Shown: piece after piece, positions 15,301 through 30,300 of the stretch
Layout of the letters: each line of letters opens with the position of its first letter
Position numbering within the stretch: the first letter of the stretch is position 1
Assembly: GCA_037379345.1 (NCBI GenBank)
Contig: CM074517.1
Span: 24,614,001-24,678,000, forward strand
Direction: 5' to 3'
DNA from: Perna viridis
Lineage: Eukaryota
Length of the DNA: 64,000 nucleotides
Translations under genes and position numbers: made by a program
The notes under the pieces: generated by a model
Told to the model about the DNA's origin: nothing
Database searches by the model: none
What the model saw: only the letters and a program-made list of their open reading frames with translations

Positions 15301-18300
15301 ATCCTGTCACCAGGAACAAGACCCTTCACAATATCTTGGAGATCTTCCTCAACAGATCCATCTGGTTTCATCTGTAGATAAGAAAGAACACAAGCATATG
15401 AGTAGAACAAACCAATGAAGATATAAATTTAAAGCTAAGTGTATACAAAAATATATCAAATGAAATAAATTATACACTGTTGAAATAACTTCCACATTTC
15501 AATTTTCGTAATAAGGACTATAAACAATAAAAGGTGTCATGGAACTACTTACATCAATTGGTTCATCCAAAATTTCTTCGTTTCCGTTTGTGACCCTGAT
15601 GCGGACACTTTCTACATTCTCTGTATCAAACACCACATCCATTATAGGATAAGTGTCTGGAAGTGAGATGCCAACGAACGGTTGGTTGTCTCTATTTGAT
15701 GGTTTCCATCCGTCAGGGGTCATGACATCTGCAGCACCGTTTACATTAGAGGAACTTATGGGTTCCATTCTTGGTATATCTGAGACGTTAGTAGCATCTT
15801 CTTCATTACAAATTGGATATGCTGAAATAAAGTCAATGTTTTATTATTCATTTCAAATGAAAAAAAAAATATAGCGGAAATACTGCGAAGGCATGTCTGT
15901 ATACGAACAGTAGTAATTGTAGGCAAATATCTAATCATGCTCAATTTTTCATGAAAAAAAGAATCTGTCTTGTAAATAAATTAACCCAGAAAAAAAACAA
16001 AAACATTTAAAAAGTATAAGAGTTCCATGTCAATGTTGATACAGGAACGATTTGATCAGGTTATTGCACGAATAGCAGATATGTTGTCAACTTTTCCAAT
16101 TGGAATAAATGATCATCAATTCTATAAATAGTTCAGGACAAAATAAAAAGTGAAAGTAATCACATATACAAACTAACCAGTAGTTGTTCCGGTAACTTCA
16201 GTAGCTGTTACTTCTGAAGTTGGTGTTGTCATAGAGGTATGTGAAGACATTCCTGTTGTGGTTGGTGTTTCACTGGTAGAAGGTGTAGTCGCTTTAGGGG
16301 CAGTTGTAGTCTCTGCAAATAATAACAGATAATCAACATTTTTCTTTATACAGGAGTTAATTTACTCAGTTCGTTTAAACACAGATATCAATATCATAGC
16401 TAGTGTACACCATAACATGAACTTTGTACGATAGAAATATTGTTTTGTGATTTACATTTAAACACGATACAGATAAATGGTCATTTGTATAATTCTTAGT
16501 TATGATAACTATACAAAGTTAACCAAATGATATCAATAAATGTCAAGTATAGTTAACAAATTTTAAAAGGAAGACTATTTAAATATATTAAATCTTAAAC
16601 AAGACCTGTACCTTTCAGCTTTTTACACACTTTCACTTTGAGATTGCTGACTTCTGGAACCAAGTCATCTGATTCGGGAATAGGAAAGATTTCCACCTTG
16701 TCTCCAGGTACAACATTTCCATTCTCATCTGGCAAATTAACATCAACTGTGCCATCAGGGGTCATCTAGGTTTAAGAAAAAGTTTATAAGTCATATAAGA
16801 AATTTCTATAATGCTTTAGTACGGCATAAAACTTTTTTTATTTCCCATCAGCATTTTTCAAACTGTTCAAGATTAAGTATATGATCAAACAAAGTAATAC
16901 CATGTAAAATATTCTTACAAACAAGGTCAAACAAATTTAAGACTATACTTTACCTCAACAGGTTCCTCAAAAACTACATCATCCCCATCCGTCACTTTAA
17001 TGACAAATTTCTTTACATTTTTAGTTTCTGCTGTTACGTCCATGACAGATTCTGGCTCATCGAAGGTCACTGTAATGACTGGATTATCATCGTCTGGTTC
17101 TGGTTTCCATCCTTCGGGTGACATGACATCATCTGTATCTTCTGGATTACTGGAAGTTGTTACTTCACTGTTTGGTACTTCTGATGACTCAATTTCATCC
17201 TCAATTGGGCACACAACTAAAATGAAAATAAGAAAACGTTGTTTTGTAGGGAAAAAGCCTTCTTTCGAAATCTACTCTAGTTTAACTATCCAACGTGAAA
17301 CACTTACATGTATTAAAGGTACAATTAATGAGAACCGTACTGTTAAATGCCTCCAAACTGTAATGTCAGATTACCATAGAACTTTGTTTTAAATTTGATT
17401 TAAATGTTTGGGATACAAAAAGACCTGTACGAAAAAATAATGCCTGGTGATATATAATTACCTGGTGTTATTGGAGTTGTTGCAGTTGTTGATGTTGATG
17501 GAGGTTGAGCTGTTGTTGGTGAAACGGTTGTTGATGCTGTGGTACTAACTGTGAAATATAATTGAGAAAACATCATCGTTTATCCAAAGATTGACCACTG
17601 GGTAATCAATGATTAGAGTTTCCACCTGAGAACATAAAAGGTTTTGTCGGAAATATACAAGCTTGAATATTCTCCCAGTTTTTTCACATCTGCATTTTTC
17701 TGGTTTTTTTCTATTATTTTTAAATAAAATAGTAAAGATATTGAATATGGCCCCTGTCCGAATTAACTATCACATATTACCTGGGAATTTTTCACAGACT
17801 TTTATCTTCAGGTTTTTAACAACAGGTGTTTCATAATCTGATGCTGGAGTGACATAGATTTCGATCCTGTCACCAGGAACAAGACCCTTCACAATATCTT
17901 GGAGATCTTCCTCAACAGATCCATCTGGTTTCATCTGTAGATAAGAAAGAACACAAGCATATGAGTAGAACAAACCAATGAAGATATAAATTTAAAGCTA
18001 AGTGTATACAAAAATATATCAAATGAAATAAATTATACACTGTTGAAATAACTTCCACATTTCAATTTTCGTAATAAGGACTATAAACAATAAAAGGTGT
18101 CATGGAACTACTTACATCAATTGGTTCATCCAAAATTTCTTCGTTTCCGTTTGTGACCCTGATGCGGACACTTTCTACATTCTCTGTATCAAACACCACA
18201 TCCATTATAGGATAAGTGTCTGGAAGTGAGATGCCAACGAACGGTTGGTTGTCTCTATTTGATGGTTTCCATCCGTCAGGGGTCATGACATCTGCAGCAC

Positions 18301-21300
18301 CGTTTACATTAGAGGAACTTATGGGTTCCATTCTTGGTATATCTGAGACGTCAGTAGCATCTTCTTCATTACAAATTGGATATGCTGAAATAAAGTCAAT
18401 GTTTTATTATTCATTTCAAATGAAAAAAAAATATAGCGGAAATACTGCGAAGGCATGTCTGTATACGAACAGTAGTAATTGTAGGCAAATATCTAATCAT
18501 GCTCAATTTTTCATGAAAAAAAGAATCTGTCTTGTAAATAAATTAACCCAGAAAAAAACAAAAACATTTAAAAAGTATAAGAGTTCCATGTCAATGTTGA
18601 TACAGGAACGATTTGATCAGGTTATTGCACGAATAGCAGATATGTTGTCAACTTTTCCAATTGGAATAAATGATCATCAATTCTATAAATAGTTCAGGAC
18701 AAAATAAAAAGTGAAAGTAATCACATATACAAACTAACCAGTAGTTGTTCCGGTAACTTCAGTAGCTGTTACTTCTGAAGTTGGTGTTGTCATAGAGGTA
18801 TGTGAAGACATTCCTGTTGTGGTTGGTGTTTCACTGGTAGAAGGTGTAGTCGCTTTAGGGGCAGTTGTAGTCTCTGCAAATAATAACAGATAATCAACAT
18901 TTTTCTTTATACAGGAGTTAATTTACTCAGTTCGTTTAAACACAGATATCAATATCATAGCTAGTGTACACCATAACATGAACTTTGTACGATAGAAATA
19001 TTGTTTTGTGATTTACATTTAAACACGATACAGATAAATGGTCATTTGTATAGTTCTTAGTTATGATAACTATACAAAGTTAACCAAATGATATCAATAA
19101 ATGTCAAGTATAGTTAACAAATTTTAAAAGGAAGACTATTTAAATATATTAAATCTTAAACAAGACCTGTACCTTTCAGCTTTTTACACACTTTCACTTT
19201 GAGATTGCTGACTTCTGGAACCAAGTCATCTGATTCGGGAATAGGAAAGATTTCCACCTTGTCTCCAGGTACAACATTTCCATTCTCATCTGGCAAATTA
19301 ACATCAACTGTGCCATCAGGGGTCATCTAGGTTTAAGAAAAAGTTTATAAGTCATATAAGAAATTTCTATAATGCTTTAGTACGGCATAAAACTTTTTTA
19401 TTTCCCATCAGCATTTTTCAAACTGTTCAAGATTAAGTATATGATCAAACAAAGTAATACCATGTAAAATATTCTTACAAACAAGGTCAAACAAATTTAA
19501 GACTATACTTTACCTCAACAGGTTCCTCAAAAACTACATCATCCCCATCCGTCACTTTAATGACAAATTTCTTTACATTTTTAGTTTCTGCTGTTACGTC
19601 CATGACAGATTCTGGCTCATCGAAGGTCACTGTAATGACTGGATTATCATCGTCTGGTTCTGGTTTCCATCCTTCGGGTGACATGACATCATCTGTATCT
19701 TCTGGATTACTGGAAGTTGTTACTTCACTGTTTGGTACTTCTGATGACTCAATTTCATCCTCAATTGGGCACACAACTAAAATGAAAATAAGAAAACGTT
19801 GTTTTGTAGGGAAAAAGCCTTCTTTCGAAATCTACTCTAGTTTAACTATCCAACGTGAAACACTTACAGGTATTAAAGGTACAATTAATGAGAACCGTAC
19901 TGTTAAATGCCTCCAAACTGTAATGTCAGATTACCATAGAACTTTGTTTTAAATTTGATTTAAATGTTTGGGATACAAAAAGACCTGTACGAAAAAATAA
20001 TGCCTGGTGATATATAATTACCTGGTGTTATTGGAGTTGTTGCAGTTGTTGATGTTGATGGAGGTTGAGCTGTTGTTGGTGAAACGGTTGTTGATGCTGT
20101 GGTACTAACTGTGAAATATAATTGAGAAAACATCATCGTTTATCCAAAGATTGACCACTGGGTAATCAATGATTAGAGTTTCCACCTGAGAACATAAAAG
20201 GTTTTGTCGGAAATATACAAGCTTGAATATTCTCCCAGTTTTTTCACATCTGCATTTTTCTGGTTTTTTCTATTATTTTTAAATAAAATAGTAAAGATAT
20301 TGAATATGGCCCCTGTCCGAATTAACTATCACATATTACCTGGAAATTTTTCACAGACTTTTATCTTCAGGTTTTTAACAACAGGTGTTTCATAATCTGA
20401 TGCTGGAGTGACATAGATTTCGATCCTGTCACCAGGAACAAGACCCTTCACAATATCTTGGAGATCTTCCTCAACAGATCCATCTGGTTTCATCTGTAGA
20501 TAAGAAAGAACACAAGCATATGAGTAGAACAAACCAATGAAGATATAAATTTAAAGCTAAGTGTATACAAAAATATATCAAATGAAATAAATTATACACT
20601 GTTGAAATAACTTCCACATTTCAATTTTCGTAATAAGGACTATAAACAATAAAAGGTGTCATGGAACTACTTACATCAATTGGTTCATCCAAAATTTCTT
20701 CGTTTCCGTTTGTGACCCTGATGCGGACACTTTCTACATTCTCTGTATCAAACACCACATCCATTATAGGATAAGTGTCTGGAAGTGAGATGCCAACGAA
20801 CGGTTGGTTGTCTCTATTTGATGGTTTCCATCCGTCAGGGGTCATGACATCTGCAGCACCGTTTACATTAGAGGAACTTATGGGTTCCATTCTTGGTATA
20901 TCTGAGACGTCAGTAGCATCTTCTTCATTACAAATTGGATATGCTGAAATAAAGTCAATGTTTTATTATTCATTTCAAATGAAAAAAAATATAGCGGAAA
21001 TACTGCGAAGGCATGTCTGTATACGAACAGTAGTAATTGTAGGCAAATATCTAATCATGCTCAATTTTTCATGAAAAAAAGAATCTGTCTTGTAAATAAA
21101 TTAACCCAGAAAAAAACAAAAACATTTAAAAAGTATAAGAGTTCCATGTCAATGTTGATACAGGAACGATTTGATCAGGTTATTGCACGAATAGCAGATA
21201 TGTTGTCAACTTTTCCAATTGGAATAAATGATCATCAATTCTATAAATAGTTCAGGACAAAATAAAAAGTGAAAGTAATCACATATACAAACTAACCAGT

Positions 21301-24300
21301 AGTTGTTCCGGTAACTTCAGTAGCTGTTACTTCTGAAGTTGGTGTTGTCATAGAGGTATGTGAAGACATTCCTGTTGTGGTTGGTGTTTCACTGGTAGAA
21401 GGTGTAGTCGCTTTAGGGGCAGTTGTAGTCTCTGCAAATAATAACAGATAATCAACATTTTTCTTTATACAGGAGTTAATTTACTCAGTTCGTTTAAACA
21501 CATATATCAATATCATATCTAGTGTACGCCATAACAGAAACTTTGTACGATAGAAATATTGTTTTGTGATTTACATTTAAACACGATACAGATAAATGGT
21601 CATTTGTATAGTTCTTAGTTATAATAACTATACAAAGTTAACCAAATGATATCAATAAATGTCAAGTATAGTTAACAAATTTTAAAAGGAAGACTATTTA
21701 AATATATTAAATCTTAAACAAGACCTGTACCTTTCAGCTTTTTACACACTTTCACTTTGAGATTGCTGACTTCTGGAACCAAGTCATCTGATTCGGGAAT
21801 AGGAAAGATTTCCACCTTGTCTCCAGGTACAACATTTCCATTCTCATCTGGCAAATTAACATCAACTGTGCCATCAGGGTTCATCTAGATTTAAGAAAAA
21901 GTTTATAAGTCATATAAGAAATTTCTATAATGCTTTAGTACGGCATAAAACTTTTTATTTCCCACCAGCATTTTTCAAACTGTTCAAGATTAAGTATATG
22001 ATCAAACAAAGTAATACCATGTAAAATATTCTTACAAACAAGGTCAAACAAATTTAAGACTATACTTTACCTCAACAGGTTCCTCAAAAACTACATCATC
22101 CCCATCCGTCACTTTAATGACAAATTTCTTTACATTTTTAGTTTCTGCTGTTACGTCCATGACAGATTCTGGCTCATCGAAGGTCACTGTAATGACTGGA
22201 TTATCATCGTCTGGTTCTGGCTTCCATCCTTCGGGTGACATGACATCATCTGTATCTTCTGGATTACTGGAAGTTGTTACTTCACTGTTTGGTACTTCTG
22301 ATGACTCAATTTCATCCTCAATTGGACACACAACTAAAATGAAAATAAGAAAACGTTGTTTTGTAGGGAAAAAGCCTTCTTTCGAAATCTACACTAGTTT
22401 AACTATCCAACGTGAAACACTTACAGGTATTAAAGGTACAATTAATGAGAACCGTACTGTTAAATGCCTCCAAACTGTAATGTCAGATTACCATAGAACT
22501 TTGTTTTAAATTTGATTTAAATGTTTGGGATACAAAAAGACCTGTACGAAAAAATAATGCCTGGTGATATATAATTACCTGGTGTTATTGGAGTTGTTGC
22601 AGTTGTTGATGTTGATGGAGGTTGAGCTGTTGTTGGTGAAACGGTTGTTGATGCTGTGGTACTAACTGTGAAATATAATTGAGAAAACATCATCGTTTAT
22701 CCAAAGATTGACCACTGGGTAATCAATGATTAGAGTTTCCACCTGAGAACATAAAAGGTTTTGTCGGAAATATACAAGCTTGAATATTCTCCCAGTTTTT
22801 TCACATCTGCATTTTTCTGGTTTTTTTCTATTATTTTTAAATAAAATAGTAAAGATATTGAATATGGCCCCTGTCCGAATTAACTATCACATATTACCTG
22901 GAAATTTTTCACAGACTTTTATCTTCAGGTTTTTAACAACAGGTGTTTCATAATCTGATGCTGGAGTGACATAGATTTCGATCCTGTCACCAGGAACAAG
23001 ACCCTTCACAATATCTTGGAGATCTTCCTCAACAGATCCATCTGGTTTCATCTGTAGATAAGAAAGAACACAAGCATATGAGTAGAACAAACCAATGAAG
23101 ATATAAATTTAAAGCTAAGTGTATACAAAAATATATCAAATGAAATAAATTATACACTGTTGAAATAACTTCCACATTTCAATTTTCGTAATAAGGACTA
23201 TAAACAATAAAAGGTGTCATGGAACTACTTACATCAATTGGTTCATCCAAAATTTCTTCGTTTCCGTTTGTGACCCTGATGCGGACACTTTCTACATTCT
23301 CTGTATCAAACACCACATCCATTATAGGATAAGTGTCTGGAAGTGAGATGCCAACGAACGGTTGGTTGTCTCTATTTGATGGTTTCCATCCGTCAGGGGT
23401 CATGACATCTGCAGCACCGTTTACATTAGAGGAACTTATGGGTTCCATTCTTGGTATATCTGAGACGTCAGTAGCATCTTCTTCATTACAAATTGGATAT
23501 GCTGAAATAAAGTCAATGTTTTATTATTCATTTCAAATGAAAAAAAAATATAGCGGAAATACTACGAAGGCATGTCTGTATACGAACAGTAGTAATTGTA
23601 GGCAAATATCTAATCATGCTCAATTTTTCATGAAAAAAAGAATCTGTCTTGTAAATAAATTAACCCAGAAAAAAACAAAAACATTTAAAAAGTATAAGAG
23701 TTCCATGTCAATGTTGATACAGGAACGATTTGATCAGGTTATTGCACGAATAGCAGATATGTTGTCAACTTTTCCAATTGGAATAAATGATCATCAATTC
23801 TATAAATAGTTCAGGACAAAATAAAAAGTGAAAGTAATCACATATACAAACTAACCAGTAGTTGTTCCGGTAACTTCAGTAGCTGTTACTTCTGAAGTTG
23901 GTGTTGTCATAGAGGTATGTGAAGACATTCCTGTTGTGGTTGGTGTTTCACTGGTAGAAGGTGTAGTCGCTTTAGGGGCAGTTGTAGTCTCTGCAAATAA
24001 TAACAGATAATCAACATTTTTCTTTATACAGGAGTTAATTTACTCAGTTCGTTTAAACACATATATCAATATCATATCTAGTGTACGCCATAACAGAAAC
24101 TTTGTACGATAGAAATATTGTTTTGTGATTTACATTTAAACACGATACAGATAAATGGTCATTTGTATAGTTCTTAGTTATGATAACTATACAAAGTTAA
24201 CCAAATGATATCAATAAATGTCAAGTATAGTTAACAAATTTTAAAAGGAAGACTATTTAAATATATTAAATCTTAAACAAGACCTGTACCTTTCAGCTTT

Positions 24301-27300
24301 TTACACACTTTCACTTTGAGATTGCTGACTTCTGGAACCAAGTCATCTGATTCGGGAATAGGAAAGATTTCCACCTTGTCTCCAGGTACAACATTTCCAT
24401 TCTCATCTGGCAAATTAACATCAACTGTGCCATCAGGGTTCATCTAGGTTTAAGAAAAAGTTTATAAGTCATATAAGAAATTTCTATAATGCTTTAGTAC
24501 GGCATAAAACTTTTTATTTCCCACCAGCATTTTTCAAACTGTTCAAGATTAAGTATATGATCAAACAAAGTAATACCATGTAAAATATTCTTACAAACAA
24601 GGTCAAACAAATTTAAGACTATACTTTACCTCAACAGGTTCCTCAAAAACTACATCATCCCCATCCGTCACTTTAATGACAAATTTCTTTACATTTTTAG
24701 TTTCTGCTGTTACGTCCATGACAGATTCTGGCTCATCGAAGGTCACTGTAATGACTGGATTATCATCGTCTGGTTCTGGTTTCCATCCTTCGGGTGACAT
24801 GACATCATCTGTATCTTCTGGATTACTGGAAGTTGTTACTTCACTGTTTGGTACTTCTGATGACTCAATTTCATCCTCAACAGGACACACAACTAAAATA
24901 TAAATACGACTGCATATTTTATAAGGTAAAAGAGGTCTTCTTTCTCAGTTGATAAGAAATTATAATTTGAAACTTCATAAATCAAAAGTTAAACAAGGAC
25001 ACGGAAAGGGAGTAACATTGTTTTCAACTCTTTAAATGGTACAGCCTGATTGCTTAGAATCTTGTTTTACATTTGATTAAAATTTGTCGATAAAAATGAT
25101 CTGTTATATAAATGATGCCGGGTGATATAAAATTACCTGGTGTTATTGGGGTTGTTGGGGTTGATGTTGATGGAGGTTGAACTGTTGTTGGTGCACCAGT
25201 TGTCGATGCTGTTGTACTCACTGAAAAATAATTCAGAAATCACCATCTTTAACCTAACGGTTGACTATTGAGTCAGCGCTGAATAGATATCCGATCCTAG
25301 AATATAAAAGCGTTCGTCGCAATGTGTAGGCTTAGCTATTCTCCCTCCCTCATAATATGATTTTACTATGTTTCATAGATTTGTTATAAAAAAGTAGAGA
25401 AGTTGATTTTTACCATTGTCAACATAGACCAACATTTTTTTACCTGGAAACTTTTCACAGACTTTTATCTTCAGGTTTTTAACAACAGGTTCTTCATTCT
25501 CTGATGCCGGTGAAATATAGATTTCGATCCTGTCACCAGGAACAAGACCCTTCACAATGTCTTGAAGATCTTCCTCAACAGATCCATCTGGTTTCATCTA
25601 TCAATAAAAACGAATTCAAACAAATGAGCAGAAAAACTCCTTTAGATATAATTTCAGTGCACAAGCTTGATGCAAAGAAATAAAACAAAATGAATTCGTC
25701 AGTAATGAATTAATTTCGTATTTGCAATGTTTGAGCAATAAAGAAAAGAATGTGTCATGGAATTACTTACATCAATTGGTTCATCCAAAATCTCTTCATC
25801 TCCATCTGTGACCCTGATGCGGACACTCTCTACATTCTCTGTATCAAACCCCACATCCATTATAGGATAAGTGTCTGGCAGTGAGATGCCAATGAATGGT
25901 TGGTTATCTCTATTTGATGGTTTCCAACCATCAGGGGTCATAACATCTGGAGCATCATTGACATTAGAGGAACTGATGGGCTCCATCCTTGGTATATCTG
26001 AGACGTCAGTGACATCTTCCTTCGTACAAACTGGATAAGCTGTAAACAATTTTCGTGTGATCACTTCGTGTTGTGGAAAAGTTATTGAATCTTCATAGGT
26101 ACATCATGAATATGTTGAAACCAGTTAACGTTCAATGAACTTTTGTTATCGAATAAATATGAAAGTTAAGATGATCTTTTTCAAAAGTTGTCCACCGAAA
26201 ACCGAAATTAGCAACGTTTATGTGATTGGTATTTACGTATTTATAAAACATTGTGTCGAGGCCAGTGCTGATTAACTATTGGACCCTGAAGGTATTCAGC
26301 AATCAAATGACACAACCTGTCTAACACCAGCATTACATCGTTTTTATTGACAAAAATTTCAGTCGCACAACATTCGAAACTCATAAAATACCTATGTATG
26401 CAGCATAACTTTTATTTAACACAGGTTAAGATATTGTAGCATATTTGACATTCTTTGATAGAACTAATCGGTTTAAGATTGGACTTCCTTTCGTGATATT
26501 TTTTATTTTTGTTTGTCTTTATATACATGACAAATTATTTGTTAAATTGAACTTGGTTCTAATGCTGCAAATGAACAGCATTCTCTTTGAAACACGTGTA
26601 CATCATACAAATTTGCAATATTAAAAGTTCTCATCCATTTCATAAATACCTTGGACAGAAATGAGTATTGAAAGCAAAACTAGATATAAACTCACCAGTG
26701 GTTGTAACAGTAACTTCAGTAGCTGTAACTTCAGTAGTTGGCGTTGTTGTCATGGTTGTCATAGATGTATGTGACGACATTCCTGCCGTGGTTGGTGTTT
26801 CTTCGGTAGAAGGTGAAGTCACTGTAGCAGAAGTTGTTGTCTCTGCAAACAGAAACAGGATATGCATAAAAAGTTAATTTTAATTGATATTTACAATTTT
26901 GCCGACAAAATTTGTTTGAAAAGAAATTTCGATAATACATCTATTGTATATTGGTACTATATTCGGCGTCACATAAATAACATACTGTTAAAATTTGAAT
27001 AAAAATATTTTCTACGACTTTATTGACACCAACCTCGCTTAAATTGTCTTAAATGACTTGCTCATTCGTTTAGCCAAACAGCTTCTCAAAAACAAGTCGC
27101 TTATTAGCTTAAATCATGCGTAACAAATCCTTACGGGAAAATCCCATACTAATATCCGCCATGTTGGTTTTTACGGGACGATTTGTTTAAAAACGAAGTT
27201 CGTAAGTTCCCGTTGAACTCCGATGACAATCGTCTGCTTGATCAACTTCTCGGTATTGTACGTTGTTCGCGTAAAATAAATCCGAGATATCCGAAATAAC

Positions 27301-30300
27301 GCCGAAGTGCATTCTGGGTTCTTCGGTTTTTGGACAAACCATTTAAACGTAAACAACATCTCCAAGCAACCCGATCACTGTAAACATGGCTGACTTTTTA
27401 CAATGTAAATATTGGCATCTAGAATTAAAATCTGACCGGAATTTAACGATTCAATGTTTAGGGAGAAGCCGTTTGGCTAAACGAATGAGCAAGTCATTTA
27501 AGACAATTTAAACGACGGTAGGTGTCAATAAAGTCGTAGAAAATATTTTTATTCAAATTTTAACAGTATGTTATTTATGTGACGCCGACTATAGAAACTT
27601 TTAATTAGAAGAACAAATATTTGTTTGTTAATCATATTTGGCCGTGCTACCGACCAATTTTCATCTGTATAATTTAAGTTATAACATGCAGTCAAAAGTT
27701 ATACTAAATGCAACTTTACTATCAGAGAAACCAAATTTCTCAATACTTAAAGAAAAATTGTACCTTTAAGCTTTTTACACACTTTCACTTTAAGATTGCT
27801 GACTTCTGGAATCACATCATCTGATTCAGGTATAGGATAGATTTCAACCTTGTCTCCTGGTACAACATTTCCAATCTCCTCTGGCAAGTTCACATCAACT
27901 TTGCCTTCTGGAGTCACCTGATTGGTAAGAGAAAGTTCAATGGTCATATATTGAAATGTCTGTAGAACATAGAAAGTAAACAAATAAACAAAGTAACCAA
28001 AACTAACTATTGCCGTTCAACACTATATTCAATATAAAATATAAAAGGAAACAAGATTTTGTCACATGTTTTACATATGGGTAAAACAAAGTAAATACTA
28101 TACTTTACCTCAACAGGTTCCTCAAAAACTACATCATTTCCATCCGTCACTTTAATGACGAATTCCTTAACATTTATAGTTTCTGCAGTCACATCCATGA
28201 CAGATTCTGGCTCATCGAAAGTCACTGTAATGACTGGATTATCATCGTCTGATTCTGGTTTCCATCCTTCGGGTGACATGACATCATCTGTATCATCTGT
28301 ATTACTGGAAGTTGTTACTTCACTGTTTGGTACTTCTGATGACTCAATTTCATCCTCAACAGGACACACAACTAAAATATTAATACGACAACACTCATTT
28401 TTAAGGCAGAAAAGGCTTCTCTCTCAATTGATAAGAAATTATAATTTCAAACCCCAAATACCAAAAGTAAACAAATGCACAATAAGGAGTAACACACTTT
28501 TTAAACTCTTCTAATGGAAAAGCCTGATTGCTTAAAAACTTTTTTTACATTTGATTTAAATTTTGGGATACTAAAAAGATCTTTATCTAAATGATGCCTG
28601 GTGATATATAATTACCTGGTGTTATTGGGGTCGTTGGAGTTGATGTTGATGGCGGTTGAGCTGTTGTTGGTGCACCAGTTGTCGATGCTGTTGTACTCAC
28701 TGAAAAATAATTCAGAAATCACCATCTTTAACCTAACGGTTGACTATTGAGTCAGCGCTGAATAGATATCCGATCCTAGAATATAAAAGCGTTTGTCGCA
28801 ATGTGTAGGCTTAGCTATTCTCCCTCCCTCATAATATGATTTTACTATGTTTCATAGATTTGTTATAAAAAAGTAGAGAAGTTGATTTTTACCATTGTCA
28901 ACATAGACCAACATTTTTTTACCTGGAAATTTTTCACAGACTTTTATCTTCAGGTTTTTAACAACAGGTTCTTCATTCTCTGATGCCGGTGAAACATAGA
29001 TTTCGATCCTGTCACCAGGAACAAGACCCTTCACAATGTCTTGAAGATCTTCCTCAACAGATCCATCTGGTTTCATCTATCAATAAAAACGAATTCAAAC
29101 AAATGAGCAGAAGATTTCCCGTAAATATAATTTCATTGCACAGCGTTGATGCACACAAATAAAATGAAATGAATTCTTCAGTAATAAAATAACTTCGTAT
29201 TAGGAATGTTTAAGCAATAAGGAAAAGAATATGTCATGAAATTACTCACATCAATTGGTTTATCCAAAATTTCTTCGTCTCCATCTGTGACCCTGATTCG
29301 GACACTCTTTACATTCTCTGTATCAAACACCACATCCATTATAGGATAAGTGTCTGGCAGTGAGAAGCCAATGAATGGTTGGTTATCTCTATTTGATGGT
29401 TTCCACCCATCTGGGGTCATAACATCTGGAGCATCATTAACGTTGGAGGAACTAATGGGCTCCATTCTTGGTATATCTGAGACGTCAGTGACATCTTCCG
29501 TCGTACAAACTGGATATGCTGAAAATAATTTTCGTGTGATTAACTTGCGTTGTTTAATAAGACATTGAATCTTCATAGGTATATCATGAATATGTTGAAA
29601 CCATTTAACGTTTAAAGAAATTTTCTGTCGAATAAATATTTAATTAAAGCTGTTCTTTTATAAATGTTGTCCAAGGCATACCAAAATAAGCAACATTTAT
29701 GTGTTTGGTATTAACGTAATTAGTAACTATTGGACCCTGAAGGTATTAGCAATGAAATGGCACAACTTGTCTAACACGTATATATCTTTAATTACTTACC
29801 GCAATTTTCAGTAGCATAACATTCAAATCCCTTAAAATACCTATCTATCAAGCACAACTTGTATTAAACACGGGTTAAGATAATGCAGCATCTTTGACAT
29901 AATTTGATAAAACTCATCGGTGCTGGATTTCACTTACATTTTCGATATTTTTAGTTTTTGTTACTCTTTATATACATAACAACTTGTTTGTGAACTTGAC
30001 TTTGGTTATAATGCTGCAAATGACCAATTACTCTTTGAAACAAGTGTACATCATATAGTATTGCAATATTATTCTCATCCATTTCATAATTACCTTGGAC
30101 AAAAATAAGCATTGAAAGCAAAAATAGATATAAACTCACCAGTGGTTGTAAGAGTAACTTCAGTAGCTGTAACTTCAGTAGTTGGCGTTGTTGTCATGGT
30201 TGTCATGGATGTATGTGACGACATTCCTGCCGTGGTTGGTGTTTCACCGGTAGAGAGTGGAGTCACTGTAGAAGGCGTTGTTGTCTCTGCAAACAAAAAA

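Larger units (their letters stand above)
4690..24890. repeat. Tandem array, 8 x about 2,559 bp, exons plus introns
   Basis: Essentially identical ORFs recur at 4980, 7531, 10089, 12648, 15207, 17770, 20329, 22887. Confidence 0.97.

Noticed and set aside
4980-24890. Cluster of separate small tandem genes or a prokaryotic operon
   Set aside because: Segments have no genuine start or stop, are bounded by splice sites and join in one frame
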